Positions 52,210 through 62,053 are shown, numbered from the stretch's first letter. The stretch: 64,000 nucleotides of DNA from Alphaproteobacteria bacterium (GCA_024743275.1 JANSWW010000010.1:145728-209727); one strand, 5' to 3'. Notes: a model not told the origin generated them from the sequence alone. Made by a program: numbers and translations.

Positions 52210-52237
52210 GGGGCGCTCAATCGGGCGCCCCTTTTTT
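52210..52237 (+). terminator. Rho-independent terminator. It terminates either the T1SS-2 operon or a short independent transcript.
   Basis: Stem GGGGCGC / GCGCCCC (52210-52216 and 52225-52231) followed by TTTTTT at 52232-52237. Confidence 0.7.
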
Positions 52238-52403
52238 ATACTGTGAAGTAAGCATAATGCATTTGATGTGTCAAGGTTACTGTACCTACCTGTTTTCCAT
52301 GGATTTCCGCCATGGAATTGCCCCTCGCCAAACAGTGCTTTCCCGAAATAAGGTGAGTCTTCCTTCACCTGATCCTGTCGAAAGGACACAGCACGCATGA
52401 GCA

Positions 52404-53030
52404 GTGATGAGCAGTGATCCGGGGGCGACAACCCGTTGGTGGTGGGTCCGCCACGCGCCGGTCAAGGGGGCGGCGGGCCGCTACACGGGGCAACGCGATG
52501 TCGAGGCGGATTTGTCCGATCAGGCGGCGCTGGAGCGGATTCGGGGTTTTTTGCCACGCGACGCGGTTCTCGTTACCAGCCCGCTGATCCGGGCGCGGAC
52601 GACGCTTCTCAGCCTGACGGCCGACCGTGAGGTGGCGGACGGCCAGCCCCATGTCGAGCCGGCCTTCATGGAACAGAATTTCGGCGCCTGGGAGGGCCAG
52701 ACCTATGCCGAGGTCTGGGACGACCTACCGGCCGATTCCTGGTCCTCACCCGGCACGATCCAACCGCCGGGCGGCGAGAGCTTCACCGACATGGTCGAGC
52801 GGGTCACCAAAGCCATCGACCGGATCACCGGCAAGGTTCCCGGCCGCCATGTGGTGTCCGTCGCCCATGCCGGCGTCATCCGGGCCGCCCTGATGCATGC
52901 CCTCAAGCTGCAGCCCAACAGCGCCCTGCTCTTCCAATTGGATACGCTGTCGATCACCTGCATCGACGCCTACCGGCCGGACCCCCAGTCGGACACCTTC
53001 TGGACCGTGCAGTTCGTCAACCGGCTCTGA
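52404..53030 (+). CDS. cobC: Histidine phosphatase family protein, resembling adenosylcobalamin/alpha-ribazole phosphatase.
   Basis: RHA/RHG-type N-terminal motif WWVRHAPV and a distal histidine in VAHAGVIRA. The gene sits next to cobS and cobT. Confidence 0.75.
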   Translation: MMSSDPGATTRWWWVRHAPVKGAAGRYTGQRDVEADLSDQAALERIRGFLPRDAVLVTSPLIRARTTLLSLTADREVADGQPHVEPAFMEQNFGAWEGQTYAEVWDDLPADSWSSPGTIQPPGGESFTDMVERVTKAIDRITGKVPGRHVVSVAHAGVIRAALMHALKLQPNSALLFQLDTLSITCIDAYRPDPQSDTFWTVQFVNRL

Positions 53031-53823
53031 TCGCGATCACCGTCCCGTAGAGAAAGGCGATCTCGCCGACCACCTGGGCGGCGCCGAGGATGTCCCCGGT
53101 ATGGCCGCCGATCTGCCGCCGGGCGATCCAGGCGGTAAGAGCCGTCGCCGCCGTCGCCAGGGTCAGCGGGAGGACGAGCGGCAACGGCCCGATCTGCCAG
53201 CCGAGCGGCAGAAAGGCGCCACAGCCCAAAGCGATGGCGACCGCGACCGTGGGGAGACCGGGTTTCATCGCCGCCGTGAGACTGGCCCCGCCCGCCGGGA
53301 CCGACAGCCCCATCACGGTGACCGTCAAGGCGCGGCTGAACGCGGCCGCGGCCACGATCGCAAAGACAAAGAGCATCCCGTTCTCGGTCAGAGCGATCAT
53401 CGCCGCGCCCTTTCCCAGAACCGCCAACAGCAGCGCCACCGCGCCATAGGTGCCGAGACGGCTATCCTTCATGATGCGGCGCTTGCTTTCCCGGTCGCGC
53501 CCCCCGCCGAGACCGTCGGCGCTGTCGGCCAGGCCGTCCTCATGGAACACCCCGGTCAGCAGCACCGAGAAGGCAAGGGCGCCGATCACAGCCATCGGGG
53601 CCGTGGCCCCGGCCGCCAGAATGCCGAGCCCCACCGCCGCGACGCCGCCCCCGATCGCCGCCCCGATCAGCGGGATGGCCCAGACGCTCCGGACGAACGG
53701 TCGGGCGCTTTCATGGTTCACCGGAACCGGAAGCCGTGTCAGCATCGCGGTCATCAGCAGGACGTCATGCGCCAGCGCCGCGATGCCGGACGGCGGTTGT
53801 TCTTCCTCTTGCTCTCGAGCCAC
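53017..53823 (-). CDS. cobS: Adenosylcobinamide-GDP ribazoletransferase (cobalamin synthase).
   Basis: Polytopic membrane protein with the N-terminal LTRLPVP motif and the motifs GHTGD and DGLADS. The start is uncertain: GTG at 53823 is chosen, and the ORF track extends to 53949. Confidence 0.8.
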   Translation of the reverse strand: MAREQEEEQPPSGIAALAHDVLLMTAMLTRLPVPVNHESARPFVRSVWAIPLIGAAIGGGVAAVGLGILAAGATAPMAVIGALAFSVLLTGVFHEDGLADSADGLGGGRDRESKRRIMKDSRLGTYGAVALLLAVLGKGAAMIALTENGMLFVFAIVAAAAFSRALTVTVMGLSVPAGGASLTAAMKPGLPTVAVAIALGCGAFLPLGWQIGPLPLVLPLTLATAATALTAWIARRQIGGHTGDILGAAQVVGEIAFLYGTVIAIRAG

Positions 53824-53881
53824 GTCCGCGCTCCCCTCGCCGATCGGAATAGATGCCTCGCCACAGATCTCGGACTTCCAG

Positions 53882-54907
53882 ATGGACATAGAAGCGCCCC
53901 CCGCCGCAATCCTCGATCGCTTTCGGGCCGACGCGGCCGACCTTCCCACCCCGGATCGCGACGCCGAGGCGGCGGCCCGGGGTCGTCAGACCCATCTGAC
54001 GAAGCCGCCGGGCTCGCTGGGTCGGCTGGAGGATATCGCGGTGCATATGGCCGCGTGGCAGGGCCGGGCCATCCCCCGGATGGACAAGGGCGCGGTGCTG
54101 ATCTTCGCGGGATCGCACGGCATCGCGGCGGACGGGGTATCGGCCTATCCGCCGGAAGTGACCGCCCAGATGGTCGCCAATTTCGAGGCCGGCGGGGCCG
54201 CCATCAATCAGTTGAGCGCCTGTGCCGACCTATCCCTGTCGGTCCACCCCTTGGACGTCGATCGGCCGACCCGGTCGTTCAGACGGGAGCCCGCCATGAC
54301 GAAGACGGAACTGGCGGAGGCCCTGGAGATTGGCCGCCGGGCCGTCGCCCCGGACCTCGATCTGCTGATCCCCGGCGAGATGGGCATCGCCAACACGACA
54401 AGCGCCGCCGCCCTCTGTGCGGCCGTCTTCGGGGGAACGGGGGCGGACTGGGCCGGCCCCGGCACCGGCCTCACTGGCGACCGGCTCGACCACAAGGCGG
54501 CCGTGATCGACATGGCGCTCGCCCTGCACCGCGAAAGCCTCGACGATCCGGTGGAGAGTCTGCGCCGCCTGGGCGGCCGCGAATTGGCGGCGATCGCCGG
54601 CGCCCTGTTGGCGGCCCGCCGGCATCGCATCCCCGTCGTCCTGGACGGCTTCGGCGCCACCGCGGCGGCGGCCATCCTGTGGAAGCTGAACGGCGCCGCC
54701 CTGGAGAATTGCCTCGCCGGCCATGTCTCGGCCGAACCGGCCCACCGCAAGGCGCTCGCGGCAATGGGCCTCAGCCCGCTGCTCGATCTCGGCATGCGGC
54801 TCGGCGAAGGCTCCGGCGCGGCGACCGCGGCCCTTCTGGTCCGCGCCGCGCTGTCCGTCCACCAAGGGATGGCGACCTTCGCGGAAGCGGGTGTGTCCGA
54901 GAGTTAG
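53882..54907 (+). CDS. cobT: Nicotinate-nucleotide--dimethylbenzimidazole phosphoribosyltransferase.
   Basis: Motifs LTKPPGSLGRLEDIA, GEMGIANTTSAAAL and MRLGEGSGAA. The real start is the ATG at 53882, inside the longer track ORF 53450-54907 whose 5' part is antisense to cobS. Confidence 0.9.
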   Translation: MDIEAPPAAILDRFRADAADLPTPDRDAEAAARGRQTHLTKPPGSLGRLEDIAVHMAAWQGRAIPRMDKGAVLIFAGSHGIAADGVSAYPPEVTAQMVANFEAGGAAINQLSACADLSLSVHPLDVDRPTRSFRREPAMTKTELAEALEIGRRAVAPDLDLLIPGEMGIANTTSAAALCAAVFGGTGADWAGPGTGLTGDRLDHKAAVIDMALALHRESLDDPVESLRRLGGRELAAIAGALLAARRHRIPVVLDGFGATAAAAILWKLNGAALENCLAGHVSAEPAHRKALAAMGLSPLLDLGMRLGEGSGAATAALLVRAALSVHQGMATFAEAGVSES

Positions 54908-54922
54908 CGATGAGGTCGGGGC

Positions 54923-55222
54923 CTAGCCCTCATAACCCTCGAACAGCCAGACCTTGCCCTCGGAGTTCTCCAGACGGATCGGGAGGATCTCCTGATAGTC
55001 CGCCGAGTTGTAGAACTCGTCGAAGCGCTCCTTGCTGGGGAACTCCAACAACACGAAACGCACGCCCTCGACCGGGGCGTCCCCCTCGATCACGCCGACA
55101 TCGCCGCCCCGTACGAGGAACTTGCCGCCGAAGGCCGCGACCACACCCGGCGTCTTCGCGGTATAGGCCGTGTAGGCTTCGGCATCGGTGATCTTGACTT
55201 GAGCCAGGGCATAAACGGTCAT
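54923..55222 (-). CDS. DUF1330 domain protein.
   Basis: 99-aa product MTVYALAQVKITDAEAY...FKERFDEFYNSADYQEI, characteristic of DUF1330. The ATG at 55222 is preceded by GGAGG. Confidence 0.75.
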   Translation of the reverse strand: MTVYALAQVKITDAEAYTAYTAKTPGVVAAFGGKFLVRGGDVGVIEGDAPVEGVRFVLLEFPSKERFDEFYNSADYQEILPIRLENSEGKVWLFEGYEG

Positions 55223-55543
55223 CGGTCTCTTCCTCCCATGGGATATCGGTGCGGGGGAACGGATATCCCCTCCCGCAGGACGGCGCCAGCCCCTATCGTC
55301 GCAGCACCGCGGGTATGGTCGCGGGCGTTTTTTTCGACCGGTCGCCACAGGCTGCCTACAAGTCCAGTTTCGGGTGAAAATCATACCGTTAGGGTGCATT
55401 CCGCCCATGGAATCTCAACAGGTGGAGGGTACCGAATCCTCCGCCGTCTTTGCATCATGGACTTGTCTGCAAGCGGAATTATTCCTACATTTCAGGGTGA
55501 TACATCGACAGCATAAAGTAAGACGTAAACAGTAGGATCGGAC

Positions 55544-55912
55544 ATGGCGTTTTCTCTGTCGGGGCTGATGGGGGGCATCTCGGAACGGCGGCGGGTTCCC
55601 CGCCTTCGGGGCCGTGGCAACGCATATCTTCGGGTCGACGGGCGCGACGTGCCGTTGCGCGACTGGAGTCGGATCGGCTTCAAATCCGACCCCTTCGAAG
55701 GCCTCGCCAGAGGCCAAGTCGCGTCCTTGACCATTCACATCAAGGATATCCAGGACCCGGACGGGCCGCTGGCGATCAAGGTGCGAGCCCGCATCCTGCG
55801 CTCGGACGCCCAGGGCATGGCCGGCCTGTGGCAGGCGGCGAGCCCCGCCGAGAAGGCACAGCTCGACCGCTATGCCGGCCGGAAGATCACGAAGGCCCGC
55901 TGGCGCGCCTGA
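55544..55912 (+). CDS. PilZ domain protein (candidate c-di-GMP receptor).
   Basis: RxxxR-type motif in ERRRVPR and a DxSxxG motif in RDWSRIGF. 122 aa. Confidence 0.65.
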   Translation: MAFSLSGLMGGISERRRVPRLRGRGNAYLRVDGRDVPLRDWSRIGFKSDPFEGLARGQVASLTIHIKDIQDPDGPLAIKVRARILRSDAQGMAGLWQAASPAEKAQLDRYAGRKITKARWRA

Positions 55913-56035
55913 TTTATCTTTCCGCATTTCCGGAACAGGCACATTCCGTGCATGGGCGTCGGGGGCGGGGATTGTCTTCCTCGATTTCCGAATTCTGTTC
56001 TATGCTGACCCCCTATCGGGCAGGGATGGTGTTCC

Positions 56036-57211
56036 GTGACATCTGCAAATCCAAAAGTCGAAGCCGCCGCCCCCGAGGACGAGGAGGACGAAGACGGCCT
56101 CTCCAGTTCCGCGACCCGGTTCTGGCCACGCAGTTTCGTCGAACGCGGGGTCTCCATCCCGTTCACGACCCCGGTCCTGGCGCAATCCCGGATCCGTAAA
56201 CGCAGCGCCGAAGAGGAGGCCGAGCTTCTGATCACCGGACTCAGCGGCGCCAAGGGGATCTATGTCATCGGCTGGCGGTCGATTCGGGAGATCTTCACCC
56301 GGATGACCACGCACGATCAGCGTCTCTTCATCAAACTGGCCCGGCGCAAGAACATCGCCCCTGAGCCGATTCGCCGGACCTCGCTCAAGATCGCCGAGAG
56401 CGGTCTTGCCGGCCCCCAGGCCGCCGCCGCGGCGAAACAGACGCTGATGGAGATGGAGAACGAGAAGCTGCTCTGCAACTTCCACCTCGTCTCAAATGTT
56501 CTGAAGCGCCATTCAGACGACAAGAAGGGCGTGACCCTGCAGGAGATTTCCTCCGCCAAGGGCCGGCAACGGGTCAAGGACCGCCTCTCCAATATCGGGG
56601 CGCGCTTCGGGCTCTCGGCGGACGAGTTCTACGCCAATCTCGAACAATGGTCTGACGCGATCGCCCCGGTCGGCCTCCCGGACGTCCCGATGAAGAGCCG
56701 CTACCGCCGGACCCGCGACATGATGCAGGCGTTCTCTACCGATATCCGCGCCTGGTCGCAGCAGGACCGATCGGATTCCGGCCCGATGGCGAAACTGGTG
56801 GCGAATGTCGCCGACGCCACCCTGGACGCCATCGACATGGAGTTCGAGGTGACGGACAAGATGGCCCAGGATCTCGAGGCCACCATGTCCCATTGGAAGA
56901 CCAATCTCGTGGCCCTGCAGCTTTCCGTCGAGCGGGTGAGCTGGCTGTTGGACGGCTGGGATCAGCTCATCCACATGTGGACCGATCACGATAAGCTGCC
57001 GCGTCACAAACAGCAGGATCTCGCCGCCGAGGTCTGCAGGGTGCTGCCGATCATCCCGGAGGAGGAGATCAAGAAGACCCAGCGAGCCAAATGGCGCGAC
57101 ATGACAGGCGATCTCAAGAGCACGGTGAGAGCGCTTGAGGACTGGATGAGCGGCGAGCTCGACGTCGAGATGGTTCTCAGGATGGAGAAGATGAAGGCGA
57201 AGTCCCTATGA
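56036..57211 (+). CDS. Hypothetical protein, 391 aa, predicted largely helical with an acidic N-terminus.
   Basis: Long ORF with normal composition. Its stop overlaps the next start (ATGA at 57208-57211). No recognisable motif. Confidence 0.65.
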   Translation: MTSANPKVEAAAPEDEEDEDGLSSSATRFWPRSFVERGVSIPFTTPVLAQSRIRKRSAEEEAELLITGLSGAKGIYVIGWRSIREIFTRMTTHDQRLFIKLARRKNIAPEPIRRTSLKIAESGLAGPQAAAAAKQTLMEMENEKLLCNFHLVSNVLKRHSDDKKGVTLQEISSAKGRQRVKDRLSNIGARFGLSADEFYANLEQWSDAIAPVGLPDVPMKSRYRRTRDMMQAFSTDIRAWSQQDRSDSGPMAKLVANVADATLDAIDMEFEVTDKMAQDLEATMSHWKTNLVALQLSVERVSWLLDGWDQLIHMWTDHDKLPRHKQQDLAAEVCRVLPIIPEEEIKKTQRAKWRDMTGDLKSTVRALEDWMSGELDVEMVLRMEKMKAKSL

Positions 57212-58647
57212 GCGGCGGGATGGACGATATCGACCATATGCTGCACGCGCTGAACGACGAGAAGTTCGCGCAGGTGGTCATGGTGCTCGAGGAAAGCCGC
57301 ACCAAGGCGGCCAACCCCGCCAGCGTCAACGCGCTGCTCAAGAACCTCCGCCCGCGGCTGGTGAAGCAAACCCCCGACCGCTGGTACACGGCCCAGCGGC
57401 TTTTTTGCGTTCCCTTCGAGGAGTTGCTGGCCGACAACCGGCGCGGCGAGAAGAGCTATGGCAAGGTGCCGCGCAAGGCGATCGATTCCGTCTGGACGCT
57501 CTATGCGGACAACGCGGATTCGGTGATCATGGAAAAGCTAGAGGCGGAGCGGCGCGGGGGTCCGATCAGCTTCGTCAAGGCCTCGAAGATCGCCGAGCCG
57601 CTGTGGCGGGACGCGGCCGAGGTGCTGAACGCCCAGATCAAGCAGGCCAAGTCGTCCGCCGACGCGATCAAGAAAATGACAGAGCGCCTGGGCGGGCAGG
57701 ACGCCTTCCTGTCGATGGAGGACATCGCGCTGTTCATGGAGGCGGCCCCGCAGCTCATGGCCCTGCGCAACGGCCTTTCCCCGCGCCCGATCCGCAGCCT
57801 GGACGAAACCGACGCGAAGCTGGTCGCGGACACCATCGCCGAGATCGGAGAGCGCTGCCGGACGGAAGCGGCGACGACGCCGCTGATGATCATCCTCGCC
57901 CGCCTGGAAAGCCCGACCACGATCAAGAGCCTGATCGGGAAAGTCCGGGAGATAAGCGCCGACAGTGAGCAGGCCCCGATGGTCCACAAGGCCCTGGACG
58001 CGTTCAAGGCCCAGGTCTCCGACGCGGTGGTCGGAGAGATGGAGAACCGTCTGGAAACCCTGTCCGAGACAGAGACCGGCGTGATCCCGCGCGAGGAGAT
58101 CGCCAAGCGGATCGAGGACTGTATCGCCGGCCTCGACGACGCCGCCGCGGACGCCAAGGAACAGGGCCAGGAAGGCCAGTTCCGGCGCCGCTTCGAGCGG
58201 ATGAAAATGTCGATGAAGGCGGTCGTCGCCGAAAAGGTGATCGACGGCACCTCCGGAGCGGTCGGCGATACCCTGAAAGCCCTGGACGCCATGGGCCTGG
58301 AACGGCCGTCGACCGAAAGTCTGGCCGCTCTCGAAGATCATCTGATCGGCCTGCGGCTCGCCCGGCGCTATGGCGACGCCCTCGACTTGAAGGCCGACGT
58401 CAGCAAGGAGGTCGACAGCGCCGTCAAGGCGATGAAGGAGTCGATCCAGCTCGCCAACAACAAGGCGAAAGACACGCCGAAAAGCACCGATCCCGCGAAA
58501 CGGACGGAGATCGAGGCCAACCTCATGTCCCGGGTCCGCATGCTGGAACTGATCGGCGACGCCAACGCCGCCAACGAGGAAATGGCAAAGGCCTTCGACA
58601 TCCTCGACGAGCGCTTTCCCGAACCGGACGATCCAGACGACTATTGA
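57208..58647 (+). CDS. Hypothetical protein, 479 aa, acidic and helical.
   Basis: Translationally coupled to the preceding ORF. Ends ...ERFPEPDDPDDY. No recognisable motif. Confidence 0.65.
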   Translation: MSGGMDDIDHMLHALNDEKFAQVVMVLEESRTKAANPASVNALLKNLRPRLVKQTPDRWYTAQRLFCVPFEELLADNRRGEKSYGKVPRKAIDSVWTLYADNADSVIMEKLEAERRGGPISFVKASKIAEPLWRDAAEVLNAQIKQAKSSADAIKKMTERLGGQDAFLSMEDIALFMEAAPQLMALRNGLSPRPIRSLDETDAKLVADTIAEIGERCRTEAATTPLMIILARLESPTTIKSLIGKVREISADSEQAPMVHKALDAFKAQVSDAVVGEMENRLETLSETETGVIPREEIAKRIEDCIAGLDDAAADAKEQGQEGQFRRRFERMKMSMKAVVAEKVIDGTSGAVGDTLKALDAMGLERPSTESLAALEDHLIGLRLARRYGDALDLKADVSKEVDSAVKAMKESIQLANNKAKDTPKSTDPAKRTEIEANLMSRVRMLELIGDANAANEEMAKAFDILDERFPEPDDPDDY

Positions 58648-58765
58648 CTGGCCGGACGACTATTGACCCGATCAAGACGGGTTTAGTCGCTGGGCAAAAA
58701 ATGCTAGGCCCGGCGTTCGTTAAGAATTCGCCGATAAAAGGCATCATTGGGGGAGGCTTCAAGCC

Positions 58766-59875
58766 ATGGACGTACGCGCCGCCGTCGCCTATCAGGCAGG
58801 CAAACCATTGGAAATCGAAACGGTTCAACTGGAAGGCCCGAAGGCCGGCGAGGTTCTGGTCGAGGTCAAGGCGACCGGGATCTGCCACACCGACGCCTTC
58901 ACGCTTTCCGGCGACGATCCCGAGGGCATCTTCCCGGCGATTCTCGGCCACGAGGGTGCCGGAGTCGTGGTCGAGGTCGGCCCGGGCGTGACCTCGCTGG
59001 ACGTCGGCGACCATGTCATCCCGCTCTACACCCCGGAATGCCGGGAGTGCGAGTACTGCCTCAATCCGAAAACCAATCTCTGCCAGAAGATCCGCTCGAC
59101 CCAGGGTCAGGGCCTCATGCCCGACGGGACCAGCCGATTCTCGGTCGGCGGCAAGCCGATCATGCACTATATGGGCACCTCGACCTTCGCCAACTACACG
59201 GTGGCGCCGGAGATCGCGCTGGCCAAGGTCCGCAAGGACGCGCCCTTCGAGAAGATCTGCTATATCGGCTGCGGCGTGACCACCGGCATCGGCGCGGTCG
59301 TCAACACGGCCAAGGTCGAGCCGGGCTCGAATGTCGTGGTTTTCGGCCTCGGCGGCATCGGGCTCAACGTGATCCAGGGCGCCCGTCTGGTCGGCGCCAA
59401 CATGATCGTCGGGGTGGACCTCAACCCGGCCCGCAAGGAAATGGGGGAACGCTTCGGCATGACCCATTTCGTCAACCCCAAGGAGATCGAGGGCGACCTC
59501 GTCCCCTATCTCGTCGACCTGACCGGCGGCGGGGCCGACTACTCCTTCGAATGCATCGGCAATGTCACGACCATGCGCCAGGCGTTGGAGTGCGCCCACA
59601 AGGGCTGGGGCGAATCGGTCATCATCGGCGTCGCCCCGGCGGGCGCCGAGATCTCGACCCGCCCGTTCCAGCTCGTCACCGGGCGGAGCTGGCGCGGCAC
59701 GGCCTTCGGCGGCGCGCGCGGCCGGACGGACGTTCCGAAAATCGTCGACTGGTATATGGACGGCAAGATCGAGATCGACCCGATGATTACCCACACCATG
59801 CCGCTCGAGGACATCAACAAGGGCTTCGACCTGATGCACGAGGGCAAATCGATCCGCAGCGTCGTGGTTTACTGA
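58766..59875 (+). CDS. adhC: S-(hydroxymethyl)glutathione dehydrogenase / class III alcohol dehydrogenase.
   Basis: Motifs [35 protein letters not shown] and CRECEYC, and Rossmann motif [11 protein letters not shown]. 369 aa. Confidence 0.95.
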   Translation: MDVRAAVAYQAGKPLEIETVQLEGPKAGEVLVEVKATGICHTDAFTLSGDDPEGIFPAILGHEGAGVVVEVGPGVTSLDVGDHVIPLYTPECRECEYCLNPKTNLCQKIRSTQGQGLMPDGTSRFSVGGKPIMHYMGTSTFANYTVAPEIALAKVRKDAPFEKICYIGCGVTTGIGAVVNTAKVEPGSNVVVFGLGGIGLNVIQGARLVGANMIVGVDLNPARKEMGERFGMTHFVNPKEIEGDLVPYLVDLTGGGADYSFECIGNVTTMRQALECAHKGWGESVIIGVAPAGAEISTRPFQLVTGRSWRGTAFGGARGRTDVPKIVDWYMDGKIEIDPMITHTMPLEDINKGFDLMHEGKSIRSVVVY

Positions 59876-59901
59876 TCGGCAGCCGAACGGGAGAGGTCGG
59901 G

Positions 59902-60741
59902 ATGGAGCAGGTATCGCGCTCGAAATGCTTTGGCGGCAGCCAGGCCGTGTTCAGCCATCACAGCAAGGAGACCGGCACCGCCATGCGGTTCTCGGTGTTC
60001 CTGCCGGCGGCGGCCATGGAGGGTGCGCCCCGCCCCGCCCTGATCTATCTTTCCGGCCTCACCTGTACCGAGGAGAACGTCACGACCAAGGCCGGCGCCC
60101 AGCGCTATTGCGCGGAGCACGGCCTGATCCTCGTCTGCCCGGACACCAGCCCCCGGGGCACGGACTTTCCGGGCGAGCACGACGCCTATGATTTCGGCTC
60201 CGGTGCCGGCTTCTATGTCGACGCGACGCAAGAGCCCTGGTCGACGGCCTACCGGATGGAGAGCTATGTCACCAAGGAGTTGATCGACCTGGTGACGGCG
60301 GAGTTTCCGATCCGGGCCGACCGGATCGGGATCACCGGCCATTCCATGGGCGGCCACGGCGCCCTGACGCTCGCCCTCAAGAACCCGGACCTGTTCAAGT
60401 CGGTGTCGGCCTTCGCGCCGATCGCCTCGCCGCTCAACTGCCCCTGGGGCGAAAAGGCGCTCACGGGCTATCTCGGCGACGACCGGGCGGCGTGGCGGGC
60501 CTATGACAGCGCGGCGCTGATCGAGGACGGCCACAGGGTGACGGATATTCTGGTCGATCAGGGGGACGCCGATCCCTTCCTCGGCGACCAGCTCAAGCCC
60601 GAATTGCTGATGGCGGCCTGCGAGAAGGCGGGAATTCCGCTGACCTTGCGCATGCAACCGGGTTATGATCACAGCTACTACTTCATCGCCAGCGTGATCG
60701 GCGACCACATCGCCTGGCATGCGGAGCGCCTCAAGGACTGA
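59902..60741 (+). CDS. fghA: S-formylglutathione hydrolase (esterase D family).
   Basis: N-terminal sequence SKCFGGSQAVFSHHS, nucleophile elbow GHSMGGHGAL and C-terminal motif GYDHSYYFI. The ATG at 59902 is preceded by GGGAGAGG. This gene is the 3' part of the composite track ORF 58747-60741. Confidence 0.92.
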   Translation: MEQVSRSKCFGGSQAVFSHHSKETGTAMRFSVFLPAAAMEGAPRPALIYLSGLTCTEENVTTKAGAQRYCAEHGLILVCPDTSPRGTDFPGEHDAYDFGSGAGFYVDATQEPWSTAYRMESYVTKELIDLVTAEFPIRADRIGITGHSMGGHGALTLALKNPDLFKSVSAFAPIASPLNCPWGEKALTGYLGDDRAAWRAYDSAALIEDGHRVTDILVDQGDADPFLGDQLKPELLMAACEKAGIPLTLRMQPGYDHSYYFIASVIGDHIAWHAERLKD

Positions 60742-62053
60742 ACCGTTGCGGCATCTTTTGACCGGCTTTCTTTGTGTGCTCGCGGTCCTGGCCCCGGCCA
60801 TGACGGCGAAGGCCCAGCAATTGGAGCCGATCCGTATCGGGGTCGTCTACGACTATACCGGCCGCTATGCCAACCAGGGCGCGCTGGCCGCGGCCATCGG
60901 CACCCAGATCGCCATCACCATGGTCAATCAGCGAGGCGGCGTCGCCGGGCGCCTGGTCGAGGCCGTGTTCGCCGACTCGAAGTCCAACGTCGGGACCGCC
61001 ATCGAAGAGGCGCAACGGCTCTCGGCGGACGAGAATGTCGCCCTGGTGACCGGCTTCTTCTCGTCGGCTCATTGCTACCCGCTCGCGGAGGCCTTCTCGG
61101 CCAGCGACGCCTTCCTCTGGCTCGGCGCCTGCAAGGACTCCCTGGTCCTGAAGCAGCGCAATCTGGAGGGTGTCTTCCGGGTTCGGACCCACACGGATCA
61201 GTTCGCGGAGGCCGCCTGCGTCTTCCTCAACGAACAGGCGCGGACGGCCCTCGGGGTCGATTCCGACAAGCTGCGGGTCGCCATCGTCTTCGAGAACGGG
61301 GCGTTCGGAACCCGGATGGCGAACCGCAACAAGCTCGCCTGCACCCAGCTCGGCCTCAACATCGTGGTGGCCACCGCCTACGACCCCCAACGGCCGGACA
61401 CCGAGTCGCTGATGCAAACGCTGATCAGGGGCAAGCCGGACGCGATCATCCACACCGGCTGGCTGCCGGATATCCGTTCCTTCCTGTCCAATGCGAAAGA
61501 GAGCGGTCTCACCTTCCAGATGCTGGTGGGCCAGGGCGAGCATTGGAACCAATTGCCCAGCCTTCGCGCGGATTTCGAAAGCGACCTCGATCACCTCTTC
61601 ATGGTCGGCGAAATCCCGGCCCAAAACTTGAACCCCCAGGCCGTCGCGCCGGGCCTCAAGCTGGTGATCGACGACTTCATCCAGCGCTATCAGGAAGACA
61701 CCGGGTCGACCAGCGTGCCGGTCGAGGCCACCGTCGGCTTCAATCAGGCCTATATCCTGCTGACCGATGTCATGCCCCGGGCGATCCGGAATCATGGCGG
61801 GCTCAGCCAGGAAGCCCTCATCAAGGCGGCCCAGGAGACCGATCTTCCGGCCGGGACCACGATCCAGGGCTTCGGCGTCCGCTTCCACCCGGCGGACCAT
61901 CCGCTCGCCGGGCAGAACATGCGGGCGATCCCGAGCATCCGGCAGATGTTCCCGGAAGGTCCCGCCCTGGTCTGGCCGGCGACCGTCCGCGTCAAGGACC
62001 CGGTTTCGCCGATGCCGAACAGCTCGCCCTTTTTCAAGCCGCCCAGCCGGTAA
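60719..62053 (+). CDS. ABC transporter periplasmic substrate-binding protein, resembling branched-chain amino acid binding proteins (LivJ type, type I PBP fold).
   Basis: Signal-peptide-like sequence LLTGFLCVLAVLAPAMTAKA, followed by IRIGVVYDYTGRYANQG...INQRGGVAGR. The start codon is uncertain. Confidence 0.8.
   Translation: MRSASRTEPLRHLLTGFLCVLAVLAPAMTAKAQQLEPIRIGVVYDYTGRYANQGALAAAIGTQIAITMVNQRGGVAGRLVEAVFADSKSNVGTAIEEAQRLSADENVALVTGFFSSAHCYPLAEAFSASDAFLWLGACKDSLVLKQRNLEGVFRVRTHTDQFAEAACVFLNEQARTALGVDSDKLRVAIVFENGAFGTRMANRNKLACTQLGLNIVVATAYDPQRPDTESLMQTLIRGKPDAIIHTGWLPDIRSFLSNAKESGLTFQMLVGQGEHWNQLPSLRADFESDLDHLFMVGEIPAQNLNPQAVAPGLKLVIDDFIQRYQEDTGSTSVPVEATVGFNQAYILLTDVMPRAIRNHGGLSQEALIKAAQETDLPAGTTIQGFGVRFHPADHPLAGQNMRAIPSIRQMFPEGPALVWPATVRVKDPVSPMPNSSPFFKPPSR

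Noticed and set aside
52240-52403. A possible cobalamin riboswitch upstream of cobC.
   Set aside because: I could not find a B12-box-like element (GCCACTG-type core) or the expected multi-stem architecture. Only a short CCATGG-based hairpin is present. An Infernal scan would settle this.
52114-52431. Minus-strand ORF of 105 aa in the T1SS-2/cobC intergenic region.
   Set aside because: It runs through the plus-strand terminator hairpin and the AT-rich promoter-like DNA. It has no RBS and its composition is not coding-like.
52897-55191. Plus-strand ORF of 764 aa spanning the cobS/cobT region.
   Set aside because: The product is extremely R/P/G-rich. The ORF runs in an alternative frame across three well-supported genes (cobS, cobT and the DUF1330 gene).
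58636-58667. A 13-bp direct repeat, gacgactattgac, occurring twice (58636-58648 and 58655-58667) across the stop codon of ORF 57208-58647.
   Set aside because: This is probably a small slippage duplication of the gene end. Both copies read DDY-stop. No hairpin or other functional signature is visible.
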